A stretch of 64,000 bases of DNA from Marsupella aquatica (lineage: Eukaryota > Plantae > Marchantiophyta), in assembly GCA_973895155.1 (NCBI GenBank), contig OZ316891.1, forward strand, positions 9,549,875 to 9,613,874, read 5' to 3'. The stretch's first letter is position 1; every line of letters begins with the position of its first letter. Shown here piece after piece: positions 1 through 12,615 of this stretch. The notes under the pieces are model-generated. The model had not been told where the DNA came from and did not search any database. It saw only the letters and a list, made by a program, of their open reading frames with translations. A program made the position numbers and the translations under genes.

Positions 1-574
1 GAGGACGTCACATTCCATTCCCACCCAAATAATTCGAGGGGCATTTGGTGGGGTAAGTCTTAAGGAATCACCACAGGCAGAATTGAGGGGCCTCCTGTTT
101 TGAAATTCGGGATCACTGGAGTGGCGACCGGAATTTCTATGATTATGATGAGGGAAGAAGAGGATTGAAGAAAAAGTGTCAGTATTAGTCTGTAGATAAT
201 TTACAGCTGCTGCAGTGGAGTTTTCCTCTTTGGGTGCTGGAGAAAGATGAGCAGTTGAGATGGTCCAGTAGAAGCTTCCTTGGCTTCCTTGATTGAATCA
301 AACGACTCGGCAGGGTGGAGAGGGTGACCGTGGACAGGGATGGTCACTGACAACATATCAATGCAAGACTCTACTGCAGCAGTTAAACGTGTGTGGAATT
401 GATGACATTGTTGCAGTGACGTTTGGTATAAAAAGTGTCTGTAGTGGCTGGTCTGATTGATTATGTTTCATCTCATGAGACTGGAGAGCTAGCAATTGAA
501 AAGCAGAATTCTTTGGAAGTGGACCAAATTAGAGGGAGCCAGTCTCGACCGGCCATTCGGAGGCGGGAGGAATC

Positions 575-3132
575 ATGGGTTCTGAAGACAGGCTGTTGCG
601 CTATGGGATCGTGGGTGTTGGGATGATGGGCCGTGAACACTTGCTCAATTTGGCGGCTCTCGCAGGATCTCGTGTAGTTGCTGCAGCCGATCCCCACCTA
701 CCTTCTCGGCAAGCTGCTCTTGATTTAGCGGCTTCGGTGACTCCTGCATCTGTGTCTAAGTTGCAGGTTGGTCTTGTCCTTCACCTTGCACAATTTGTTT
801 GGTATCTTTGTTTTTCTCAATTTTTTGTGTCAATGTTTTTGAAGAGATGTGTTTTTGAAGAGATGTGGTTCCGTTGCCCTCGAATCCAGCTAAGGAGTTA
901 ATAGATTGCTAGAAATTTTCACGCGAGGGAGACGGTTTTGCTCAAATCAGCCAATTTTTGTTCGGTGTAAGTGTCGTGAGGACCAGTAAGGTCTTCCTCT
1001 GATTGTTTACATCAAATGTATATTTCCTGTTCGGGAAGGCTCACAGCATCGTTCGGGTGAATCCTTTTCAAAGTCCTCAAGCATCGTTCTTCAAAGATTG
1101 GCGATCAACAGTCTAAGTTTACCACTGGTTGTGCAGTGTTTTGATAGCCATTCCGCGTTGTTGGACAGTGGGTTATGTGACATAGTGGTGGTCTCAAGCC
1201 CGAATATGACACACTGTCAGATCCTTTTGGATATTCTCAAGCACCCAAAAGTTCATCACATTCTCGTGGAGAAACCTCTGTGTACCACAATTGCTGATTG
1301 CAACAAGGTAGTCCTCTTTCCAGCCTCACCATTGGCATTGCGTGCATTTATCCAATGAGGTGAAAGCTAAGCATTAAGCCAATCTGCATATTGTCGTGCC
1401 CTGGAAGGCAAACGGGTGTTTGTGGTTTGATGATGAAACTTACGTAGCTATAAACAAGAAAATAGCTTTCCCGACTGGCGAAACTTCTATCATTACTATA
1501 ACCATAAAGATAAAGCTAATCTAAAGCAAAGGGAGTGTGCAGACAAAAACTTACTCTCTGGTCAGATCCGCAAAACTTAGAATCAGAGATAGACCGAAGT
1601 AATAGAAAACATGAATTATACAAAGGACAGGGATGAACGAGCAATTGTATGAGGATTTGGAAAGGGTGTTTTAATGAAGCTAACAAAGCGAAAGGGCAAC
1701 AGTAGGATCACGTATGGATACGTTCTGTTCTGACGCGTCACCTTTAATCTGCAGGTGCTAGAAGCAGCGAAAGCCCGGCCGGAAGTGCTCATGCAAGTTG
1801 GGCTGGAGTACAGATACATGCCTCCGGTAGCCAAACTTCTAAAACATGTCAGAGCTCGGACTTTAGGACAAGTCCGAATGGTTGCCATAAGAGAGCATCG
1901 CTTTCCCTTCCTCGTAAAGGTACGTGAGAGCTGGTAGTTGTTTGGAAATGTCGACTCCACTATGTCTAGCCAACGATCTAAATTTTATTTCATGTAGTGA
2001 TTACTCCGATGTGTGAGTCTCATGTCGATCACATCGGTTCAGGTACAGAATTGGAATCGATTCAATGTCAATTCAGGGGGAACCTTGGTGGAGAAGTGCT
2101 GTCATTTTTTCGACCTCATGAACCTCATCATCGATGCAAGACCTGTTCGTGTCATGGCCTCTGGAGCACAGGATTTAAACCACAAGGACGAAATTTACGA
2201 CGGAAAGGCAGTTTCCCTTCCTAATTGATATTTGCAATCCTTAATATTTTATCTCTTGCTCCCGGGAAATCTGTAGTTAGCAGAATGCTACGATTTTGAG
2301 ATGGTTCCGGGTTTCTGTAGCATTGCTTGTTATGAGGCCCAACTCTTAAATTTGGTACTATGGAGGAGTATTTGACAACCGGTAGATTTAATGAACATTA
2401 CATCATTCTAGCATCATGCCCTGCTGCCTGTGTTTCGATGAATCAGGTTCCAGACATAATTGACAGTGCATATGCTGTTGTCGAGTACGAAAATGGGGCA
2501 AGAGCAGTGCTGGACCTATGTATGTTTGCCGAGGGCAGCCAGAACGAGCAAGAGATCTCCGTTGTTGGAGACAATGGCAAGGTAATTTCAACACCTTCCA
2601 AAATTGTTCACTTTGCTTTTGTTTGCCACCTCCAGACTTATCGAACTTCTAATCGTTCCCTCGGCTGTCACATCGTGTCCCTCTTTTGAAAAAACAGGGA
2701 GAAGCGTTTGTCCCGGACAACATAGTGCGAATTGGTAGACGCGTGGATGGCAGAGAAGGAGTCAAGACTTATGAGTGTCACGATGACCGTATCAAGTAAG
2801 TCACTACACTCATTTCCCATGAAAGTTATCGCGGGCCTAGAGTGTCAGGACAGACACTGTTTTCATTTCAAGAAAAACTGTCCCCTGAGCATTTGCTCAC
2901 AGACTTCGAACACTTCTGGCTGTGAAACAGATATGAAGGGCTACATCATGGCTCAAGTTATCTGGAGCACTTGGCGTTTGCTGCTGCTGTCAGATCACAC
3001 GGGAAATCTCGACCTTCAGTTGGACTAGAAGCTGGGTTATTGTCAGTGGCTGTTGGCGTGGCAGCCCAGATATCCATCGAAGCTGGACGTTTCGTACATT
3101 TGAGCGAAGTTTTGGGGACAGATGCTATCTAG
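575..3132 (+). CDS. Gfo/Idh/MocA-family oxidoreductase (myo-inositol 2-dehydrogenase-like), 7 exons: 575-766, 1137-1307, 1755-1919, 2043-2207, 2447-2581, 2698-2795, 2931-3132
   Basis: Rossmann motif [13 protein letters not shown], family motif [30 protein letters not shown] and [13 protein letters not shown]. The ORF pieces join in frame at GT-AG boundaries, except intron 4, which is GC-AG. Stop TAG 3130-3132. Confidence 0.92.
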
Positions 3133-3701
3133 ATTAGGAGCTACGGATTCACTAGATTTATTTTCTAGCTGATCAATTAGAGCCCAGTGCCTACGCAACC
3201 AATTTTTCCAGATTGTGATTATAATACATTAGGCAACACATCGATTGTAGTGAAACCCGTCCAAGAGCTGCAGGGTCCGAATGTTACCCGGCTGGTACAC
3301 AAATTACTGACCTCTTTGTAACTGATTGTACAGAATTTTCCATCAGTTTAATCCAATCGTGTGCCTGCTGTGCAAAGGCGAGTAGGCCATCACCTTGTCC
3401 ATCTATGAGTAAAACTGAACAAAAACTACTTCTTCTCTCATTGAAGAAGACGATCATCTACAATTAATGCCACGTTCTCCACTATTCTAGCCAGGCAAGG
3501 CATGACCCATGGACAATGAGCGCCGCCAAAGATGCCGTCTATCTATATTCATTCTGACGTACACTCACATCTCAGTTAACCTTTCCCATCCACTCACCAT
3601 CCAGTCATCTGAATCAGAAGACAACTTGATCGCCAAGTTCCTGCCCTACCATGCCGTTCTAACCAATCTCTCTAAGAAGTCTTCCAGTGCATCACCTCCA
3701 T

Positions 3702-4025
3702 AGCTCGGAATAGCATTCGCATCTTAGTCTCCAGTCTCATAGTTCAGCACCAGCATCCACTCTGCAGCGTAGTAGCTCCCAAATTTCCCAAATCTTCCAG
3801 ATTGGGGGTGAACATTTCCCCAAAATCTAGCTGACTGATGAATAAACCCATAATTTGCTTGGGAGCTCGGAATAGCATTCGCATCTTAGTCTCCAGTCTC
3901 ATAGTTCAGCACCAGCATCCACTCTGCAGCGTAGTAGCTCCCAAATTTCCCAAATCTTCCAGATTGGGGGTGAACATTTCCCCAAAATCTAGCTGACTGA
4001 TGAATAAACCCATAATTTGCTTGGG
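3702..4025. repeat. Tandem duplication, 2 x 162 bp, apparently identical copies
   Basis: AGCTCGGAATAGCATTCGCATC...ATAATTTGCTTGGG occurs at 3702-3863 and at 3864-4025. Confidence 0.9.
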
Positions 4026-5059
4026 AACTCTGATAAACTTCAACTTCTTGCCCAGAATTCTGAACAGCATCTCCCCTCGCTCCAGTGGAGTAAATGCCTT
4101 CCCAGGCCCTCAGATGGGCAAAGACCTTATTGACTTTCTCCTCATCTGACACACTCAGCAATAAACAGAGCCAGAGTCGCATCACTGATGGGCTTCAGGC
4201 AGTGAGTGGCCCATCCCCAAAATATCACATACGGCCCACCCCCCTGCACGGATTTCACCTGTCTTCCAAAGCTCTTGAAATCCTCTTTTTCTACAGCCAT
4301 AGCTTGGAGCTCCTCTGCTTAGCTATTTGGATGGAAACAAACCGAGACGGTCCCACGGCTCTCCCTGCATCCAACTATTCCTCGTTGCAGTCTAGTCGAG
4401 TCCCTGACTGATCCTCCCGGGCTGGCCAAGCAAGAGATTACCACATCTACTCTACAGTATCTATAGCAAACTGGGTTCGGTTAAATTTTCTGTTGAATTT
4501 TGAGCTTCAGCTCCAGCTCTTGAGGAGAATGATCGCAAATTAACGCAAGTGTGAATTACTGTACCGTTTCCATAGCCACCTGGGCTCGTCAAATTTGAGC
4601 TTGTAGTGGAGGCAAAACTGAAATGGACTAGTCAAGGCTCTGGCGACGCTACCGGTTGGGATGTCCCGCACGTCATCTCTTCCGTTTCCCTCGTATCATG
4701 AAGGTTGCATGACGATTTCCTGACAATCCTATCTATCCCAACTAGGTTGATTACCTCCTTTCCATCCACATAAATTCTGATGGGGCTTTGAATGGGCAAT
4801 CAGGCTCCTTGTCCTTATAAATAATCAATTGAGAGGCTACCGTCTAAAAAATCATTGTGCCTAATATATAATACTAATACCATCTTTCTTTCCATCCACA
4901 TAAATTTTGATGGGGATGAGCATCATTGTCTTGAGGTCGTGAGGTCTCACTGCACTCTAGAAGCCTAGACCCCAACTTTAGTTTCTCATTGGTAATATAT
5001 ATATATTTGTGTTTACTACTTCCACTCAATCTCCTTTATAAATGTGCACTCAATACCCA

Positions 5060-5525
5060 TCTATGTGTTTTACCAAGTGTTTTACTACCCAAGACCCCAA
5101 CCTGGCCTTTGGAGTCAGGATGGACCTCCAAGTTTTCCATCTGCTCTACTAAAGGTGCACTCAACCTGTCTACCAGATAACTGTGTTTACTACTATAGCT
5201 TCCAAGCTGGAAATTGAAGGCACCCGGATGGACTGGGGACCCACATTTTCCAAAATGCTCAGATATACTCCTGCAACTGGGATGGACTAGATAACAGTGT
5301 TTTACTACCCTAGCTAGCCCCCAAGCTGGCAATTGAAGCCCTGATGGACTCCCATGTTTTCCAAAACGCTCAGATATACTGCTGCAACCAGGATGGACCT
5401 GAGAACTGTCTGTTGTTTCCTACCCTACCCCCCAACCCTAGCTGACAACCCACCTGACAATTGAAGCCAAAATTTACCACTACATTTTCCAAATTGCTTG
5501 GATATATTCCTGCAACCAGGATGAC
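5060..5525. repeat. Degenerate tandem repeat, ~115-125 bp unit, 3-4 copies
   Basis: Recurrent CATTTTCCAAAATGCTCAGATATACTCCTGCAAC..GGATGGAC and TGTGTTTACTACC blocks. Confidence 0.7.
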
Positions 5526-6583
5526 ATACTGCAGGTAACCTCACTTTTTTGCTATATATATATCACACAGACGAGTGAACCATTACAAGAAAAGGAGATG
5601 GTACTTACAAACATTTAGGTTGCACTGGAGTTTTAGAGGAATTTGGGAGGACTGGTAGCTGCTATGGCAACAGCCCATTTGTTTATGTAGGTAGGACTGG
5701 CAACCTCTCCCTTACCCATGGTCAATTTATGGCGAGCAAGAGTTCCAACTGATGAGGATCAGGAAAATGAACCACAAAAAGAAGATTTGGCAAGCTTGAA
5801 GGGGGTGGTGTAAGAAGGGCAGGTGAGTTGTGGCGTGAAGACCAGACTATGGAGTTGATAGGAAAGGTGCGGATGTAAATTCTTTGTGAGGAGAATTGGA
5901 ACCTCACAGGACTATTTCCCACTTCCCCAAGTGGTTGAGTCACAGGTGGCAACTTGTATGCAACTTTGCGAGGAGGAGGTGGTGAGCCGAGAAAAGTCAG
6001 GGTGAGAAGAGTGGTGACATTATTGCAGGGGCCAATTAAATTGTAGGATTGTTAGTTATTGGTGGACTTGTCGATTTATTTGGACAACTTTTGTTTCTCT
6101 TCAAGCTCAACGTTTTCCAGCATGTTCTCTAATGTCCAATTTATGATTTAAAACAACATTTGAGACATTTCTGAGATCATTTGTGCCATTTCTGACAATC
6201 AGTAAGATGACCAAATATCATAAATTAACTAAACATGATGTTACTTTCACTTTTATGGAGGAAGCTGTGAGTAGTTTGAGCCTGAGCAGCAAATTACAGT
6301 TGAGAAGTATGCTTAAGTTTTTTCCTGGTTTGTGGGGAAAGGCAGGCGCTGGAAGTATGCTTCACTTTTGCAAGGTGAGGAGAAAATTATCACTGGGAAG
6401 CATGCTTCACTTTTGCAAAGGACTCCCTGAGTAAATTGGGCACTAGCAACTACTTACCACCTGCTAAATTAACTGAAACATGGGCAAGGGCAACTACTTA
6501 CCACCTGATAAACTAACTGAGACAGACTGCAAAAGGTGGGGAGAATCTTTACAGATCAGATACTATTCAAAACTGTCAAAGTC

Positions 6584-7200
6584 TTTTTTTTGTTTTTTGA
6601 AATACATGTTTATTAGAGAAGCCACCAAGGCAAAGACCAGCAAGGCAGAAAACAACCACACTGAGGGCCACACACACCCCAAATGGCAACAACATGCCAA
6701 AAACCACCCCAACAGTTCACAAGGTCACCTCCTAAAGAAAGGCCAAGGGGGGAGAAAGTATAAAAACTAAGCAACACAACAGGAGAACAATGCACTGCCC
6801 GCAGGCAAAGGGGGCCCCAACACTGGATGAACAGGGCTCCAACAACAAGGACCTAAGCTATGTGGGACGAGTGCCAATAGGAGCCCTAGCTAGCAGTCAA
6901 TTCAGTGAGTTCAAGAAGGGTCTGATGTAACCTTCTGGCCTTCTACACACTGTGAGTCAGTTGGAGGGTAGCATGAACTTGAACAACAACATTGTTGAGG
7001 ATGACGTGCAAAGGAAACCTGGTAGAGGTAGCATGATACATGCGTTGCCGTTGCTCAACCCAAATGGTGCAACCCAAATGGTGGTAAGCATCTCGTGGAT
7101 GAGGAGAAGGAAGCCACTATCAACTATCAAAGTCTTGTCAGGTATTCTGTCCATGTGAGCTGTTCTGATCATAGTTTCAACCCACTACAATAGTCTACTA
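6584..7200 (-). mobile_element. Possible 3' end of a decayed LINE (L1-like)
   Basis: The minus strand reads LLIHEMLTTIWVA, which resembles the IWxxRN motif at the end of plant L1 ORF2. It is followed by AATAAA and an A-rich tail (T-run 6584-6598 on +). No RT domain is visible. Confidence 0.3.
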
Positions 7201-7377
7201 GCCAAATTACCCATTACTTGAAATTAAACAAAGGAGACCAAAAAAATCTTAAACAAAGGATTCCTCCTTATTTCCTGTTGATCTTTGCCCCCATCCGTGT
7301 TATTTGCCCCTTGAGTTAGTGTCTAGGGACTTCACTCTAAACAGCAGCTCAGGACGTAGCTTTTGATCATGCTTTAT

Positions 7378-7600
7378 CAGTTAAATGTGAGCTTAGTTTT
7401 CAATGATATATGCGTGGCCTAAATTGCCAATAAGAAAAAATCTTTCACTAGTGCGCTTTATTTGTTAGATGTGAGCTTAGTTGTCAAGAATATATGGCCT
7501 AAATCGCCAACAAGAAAACTCTTCATTAGTGCGCTCTGTTAGTTAAATGTGAGCTTAGATTTCAGTAATGTATGGCCTAAATCGCCAACAAGAAGAACTC
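7378..7600. repeat. Tandem repeat, ~78-85 bp unit, 3 copies
   Basis: GTTAAATGTGAGCTTAG...GGCCTAAATCGCCAACAAGAA appears three times. Confidence 0.8.
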
Positions 7601-7732
7601 TGAAGGGGAGCAATGAGCACGAGCTGAGTGATGATCGTCGAAAGGATCACTGCACCGAGGTCGTGGCCAGGCAGCGAGCTAACTGTGTTGCGTCTGGCTG
7701 GAATGCAATCCTTTGTTAGGCTTGTGGGAAAC

Positions 7733-7995
7733 ACTACTCTCAGTTGCTCAACCTCATCAACTTAGTGAAGGAAAGCTTAGTTTCCAGCCTGGACACAATT
7801 ACTCTCAGTTGCTCAATTACCTCATCAACTTAGTGAGAAATTTAAAGCTTTCCAACTCGAGGCTGGAGTTGAAACAGTCGCAGAAGGGAATTGGAAAAGT
7901 TTTTCCAGCCTGGACACAATTACTCTCAGTTGCTCAATTACCTCATCAACTTTGTGAGAAAAGCTTTCCAACTCGAGGCTGGAGTTGAAACAGCA
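7733..7995. repeat. Tandem repeat, ~120 bp unit, ~2.4 copies
   Basis: TTCCAGCCTGGACACAATTACTCTCAGTTGCTCAATTACCTCATCAACT...CTCGAGGCTGGAGTTGAAACAG is repeated. Confidence 0.85.
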
Positions 7996-8737
7996 GCAGT
8001 AGGGAATTGGAATTTGCTTGTGTTACTGGCGACAGATAGGTAGCACGAACTCTTTCTACTGTAGCCAACTGAGCTCGTGTTAATCATTGCCTTTTTGTGT
8101 CATGGTCAATGTGATGAGAGTCGTATGGTGAATGCCTACTGTAGAGTCTATGCCGAGCTCTGAATTTGTTTAGGAGCGAATCTGGAGAAGCTCAAGGTGG
8201 GGATTCATTTTGTGATCATGCTTTGGCCTGGGTGGTGGTTGCAGATGACAATGCGAAAGTGGAATGTTTTGGTACACTGTTCATGAGCAAGGATAATACT
8301 CCAGCAGATGACGAAGTGGATTGAGATGGGGAAGTCAGCACGTCAGTCGAGTGGGTCATGTGGGCTCCGGGACCGATTTATTACCATCCGAGGGGTGTTG
8401 TGACGTTGCAACCTTGGAGAGCCCGGGAATTCAATCGAAGCACCGGAGAACAGATGGTCATATAGGATTTTGTTCTGGGGACCTCATCAGATTATCATTG
8501 CTCTGGTTGGTTCAATGAGGCTCTCGAGTTGCATGCTTGTCATGGATTGTCTGCGAGACGGTGAGGAGGCTTCAGGATTGGGGCTCGGTCGAGATTTTTG
8601 CACGGTGGAGGAATTCAGAAAGATCGGTGAGATGGAGGGTCTCAGAGCGTGGAGATGTTGAGACTGGCTCGCATCTGATTGAGGTGTGATACTTTTCTGG
8701 AGGAATTTTCCGGAGGGAGATCTGGATTTTAGAAGCG

Positions 8738-11700
8738 ATGGCTGGCGAGCACGAGGGAACGGCGGATGCAAGAACTCCGTTGCTTCGGCCACGTTCCATT
8801 GCACGAAGCAACAAGTTCGTGCTCCTCACGAAGCGCAACCTCGCTCTCGCAATAGGACCCTTGGCCACACTGGTCATCATTCTCGCCTTCAGATCTTTTC
8901 CGGATGCTGGCGGGACGAAGTCGAATCAGAAGATGGGGGCCATGACGGGCATCCTGGTGTGGATGGCATGCTGGTGGACTTTGGGACCCATTCCCATTGC
9001 CATGACCTCCCTCCTACCTCTTGTCCTCTTCCCATTCTTCAAAATCATGGATTCGGACAACGTCGCTGAAGAGTATACCAACAGCGTTGTTGTGCTGTTG
9101 ATCGGAACCTTCATTCTGGCACTGGGAATCCAAAAATACAATTTCCATAAGAGGATTGCTTTAAAGGTTCTTCTGATGTCAGGAGGGGAAGAGATGAATC
9201 CCAGGTATTTCTAATGTGACTCAATCTCCTTTCCTATGAAGGTTGACCGATTTCAATTTTGGAGGATGTCAGCTCGGATTGCGTGGCAGGATTCCTCAAT
9301 GCCAAGGATGATCTCTTGCTTTCACTAGCTAGACTTATATCTGCTGATGGCTGAATCCATCTCTTAATGATTTCATCCCCATTTCAGGGGACTGGGGAAT
9401 GACATCCCTCAATCAAATTCCATCCAAATCCATTGCATTGTCTCTCCCTGTCTGATGTGCCCTCAATTAGCTACCGAAATCTTCATAACTTCTAGCTTGG
9501 CGACAGAAATGATGGTGATAGGAGCTAGTTACATGGACATCTTTGCACAGGTCCTGAAATGTTACGCGATAATCAACAACGCTTGCAGACGCTCTGGATA
9601 CATTCAATCATCTAAGAGAGCTTTGGCCACCTATCAGTTTACTGACTCGGCGTCACTGATCGTGGTATGCTTGGTAACTGAGCAGGAGTGTGATTCTGGG
9701 CTTCCTTTGTGCCGCATTTTTCGTGAGCATGTGGATGTCCAATACGGTAGCTGCGGTGATGCTACTCCCGGTGGTACGTGGTCTTTTGAATAGCTTGACA
9801 TCGGAAGAGTCTGATGTAGGTAGAGCAGTCCTATACGCCGATTCTTCTTCTTCCTGTCTCACGGACGAGGAACAAGGTTAGATTACGGAGACCTGGTTCT
9901 GATTGCACGCATCCTAAGGCTTTATACATAGAGCTTCTTTGAAACATACTTTGGCTCGACTCTGTTACTAAGCTAGACTCTGTATTACTAACAGAGCCAT
10001 TTCCTTGGCTGAATTTCGTTTTTAATTTTGGTCTGGATGCCCGTTAGCCTCGCCTATACCTACCATGACGAGGTTTTATTTTCAGCTGTTGAGTACTTAA
10101 TGATTTTTGTAATCCCAATCAATCCCCTCGATTTCCTACAGCTGAGAGAAGTCCGCGAGCTCAATCGATTTTTGACGGATTCTTTCCACACTGCTGATCC
10201 CATTTTGTAATATCCATATAAGTGTTTTGTTCAATTATCTGATTGAGAAGTGCGAGCAAAGTGTACGATAATCTTCACCTCTGTGGCTGGTCAGGTGCTA
10301 CTTTGGAGCGGAGTGTTTATTTGGAAGAGAAAAAAGCGAGGGCCGCCGCAGTAGCCGAATATGGCAAGGGGATAGTACTTGCCGTCACATATGGGACTGC
10401 TTTGGGCGGTATGGCGACCCTCATTGGGTCGGGACCCAATGTGGTGTTGCCAGGGTTTTACAAAAAGAGATATCCCAACGAGGATGGACTCAACTTTCTA
10501 AGTTTTTCCTGTTTTACCATTCCGATGCTGATTCCATATGGGATAGCAACGTGGCTATACTTGGTGTGGTACTTCTGCCCTGCTTCGACTGGAGCCGTTG
10601 TCGAGGCCAGAATGAACCGGACGATGGTGGAGAAGGACTACGATGCTTTGGGTATTTCCTACAATGACTCAGACTTACTCAAAACTGAATCTCACAGACA
10701 TTGTAAAGGTATAGAAAGGGCCACGAGACATCTGCCATCGAGATTGGACCGTAGTTGACTGACCGACCCTTGGGCAAGGGTATCATCACGAGGTGCGAAG
10801 CTGAAAGGTGGCTAGAATCCCACCGTCCTTTCTACTGATGGTCGAGACAGACTTTCAAGACAGAATTTATAAGGTCGAAGCGAAGGATGATGCGAAAACC
10901 AACCTCAGGATCAGTAAACTTGGCTCTCGAAGGGCTCGTAAACAATTTCACCCCTCGAACTGTGAAATGGAAAGATTTCTCATCATTTGCTACTTCGGCA
11001 GTTTGGTTTGAGTGCATCAATTATGGAGTCAGGCAGCACAGTCGTGGGGAACACTAGCAGCTCGAAAGATGGCCTCCTGATTCCATTCATTCCGGAGCTC
11101 CACATTTACTCGCGAAGTCACGATCTTGATGGATTTTGTTTCTGTAAAGTTTTTCTTTCATGACTTATAGAGATAAAATGAATAGGCTTTCATTTCTTCG
11201 ACGAACAAACCTATCTCTCGTCAACTCCCTCTTATGTTCTGTGCAATGTTTCGACTGCTGCTCAGGGCCGATTACCTTTCCCGAAATTGTCATCCTTACG
11301 GAGTTCATCGTAAGTGCTTATTTCAGATTTACCTCTCCCTTTAAGTACGATGTCCATGATTTTGAAATTTGGCCCTAGACATCGAAAACTGCACCTTGGA
11401 ACGTTCCTGCCATTATGCGCCCATAGAGCCACCTAGGGATTGCATGTTTCCTGGGTTGGGCAAGTCATGTTCCCAAGTCGGATTAAGAACAAGACCTTTT
11501 GCCAATTCTAGTCAAGACTAGACTTTATATCTCTCTTGTCAGCGCATGTACAGGTTCTGATTGTTCTGTGGACTACACGGGTTTTCGGAGCGTCTCCAGG
11601 GTGGGGTACATTATTTCACAACTATCCCAGTGATGGCACAGTGGCGGTAAATACATATTGCAGCCTTCTTTTTTTCATATTAAAAGTTAATCAATTTTGT

Positions 11701-12615
11701 TACGAGCTTACAATTGCCTCGAGAAGTTCTCAAGGTTTTTCTAGTCTTAAATGAGAGCTCAAGACCAGTTTTTCAATTCATTGGACTACGTGTTATGTGC
11801 AGCTTCTGGCAGCCATTTTGCTTTTCATTATTCCCAATAAGCAGACAAAGGGAGAGAAGATCATGGACTGGAAAAGCTGCAAGGAAATTTCTTGGAGTGT
11901 TATTCTCCTTGTGGGCGGAGGTAATTTGATGAGTGTAACTCAGCACCGAGGCTGCAAAATAATCACTCATCTTGAATGCTGTTCTTATGATGCGTTCTCA
12001 ACCTATGGGATATTGGTCAAGCGACTCACAATTGAGGTATTGAAATTGTCTTGAAACCATTTCGTTCGATGTTCAATGTAGGTTTTGCACTGTCGAAGGG
12101 CATTCAAGAGAGTGGTCTGTCAGCGTTGATCGGTGAAAAGCTGCACTTCTTGGGTGCACTACCCTACTATTTGGTTACGCCAGTGATCACCATAATCCTG
12201 AGCATAGTTACCGAGTTCTCATCAAACGTCTCCATGGCCTCTCTGTTCCTCCCCATCCTGGCAGAGGTAGCAGCTGCTATCGACTATCACCCTTTGCTGC
12301 TCATGATACCAGGAACCTTTGCTTGCAATTTCTCCTACAATCTCCCATCTGCCACCCCTCCCAATGCTATTGCTCTGGGCACTGGCTCCCTTACGGTTAG
12401 AGACATGACTTATCCTGGACTTTTCATGCACGGAATTGGGCTGGTCCTTATCTCCATCTTCACTCCAACTCTTGGTAAGCTCCTCAACCCAAACTCTGTG
12501 TTTGAATGGGTGTGAAATTTTAAAAGGATGAGACTCGACAGGCCACTCAGTAAGTTTTGGGTGGCACCCACTTCGATTTTGACTAGGCTTTGGTGGTGTT
12601 TTCTCCAAAGTGTGA
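8738..12615 (+). CDS. TDT: Tonoplast dicarboxylate transporter (SLC13/DASS family), 8 exons: 8738-9204, 9686-9876, 10295-10651, 11266-11309, 11554-11646, 11803-11920, 12082-12474, 12587-12615
   Basis: DASS motifs WMACWW..PIPIAMTSLLPLVLFP, FVSMWMSNT, GGMATLIGSGPN, WSVILLVGGGFAL, TEFSSN and LPSATPPNAIA. All introns are GT-AG and frame-consistent. The last short exon (GFGGVFSKV*) is the least certain part. Confidence 0.9.
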
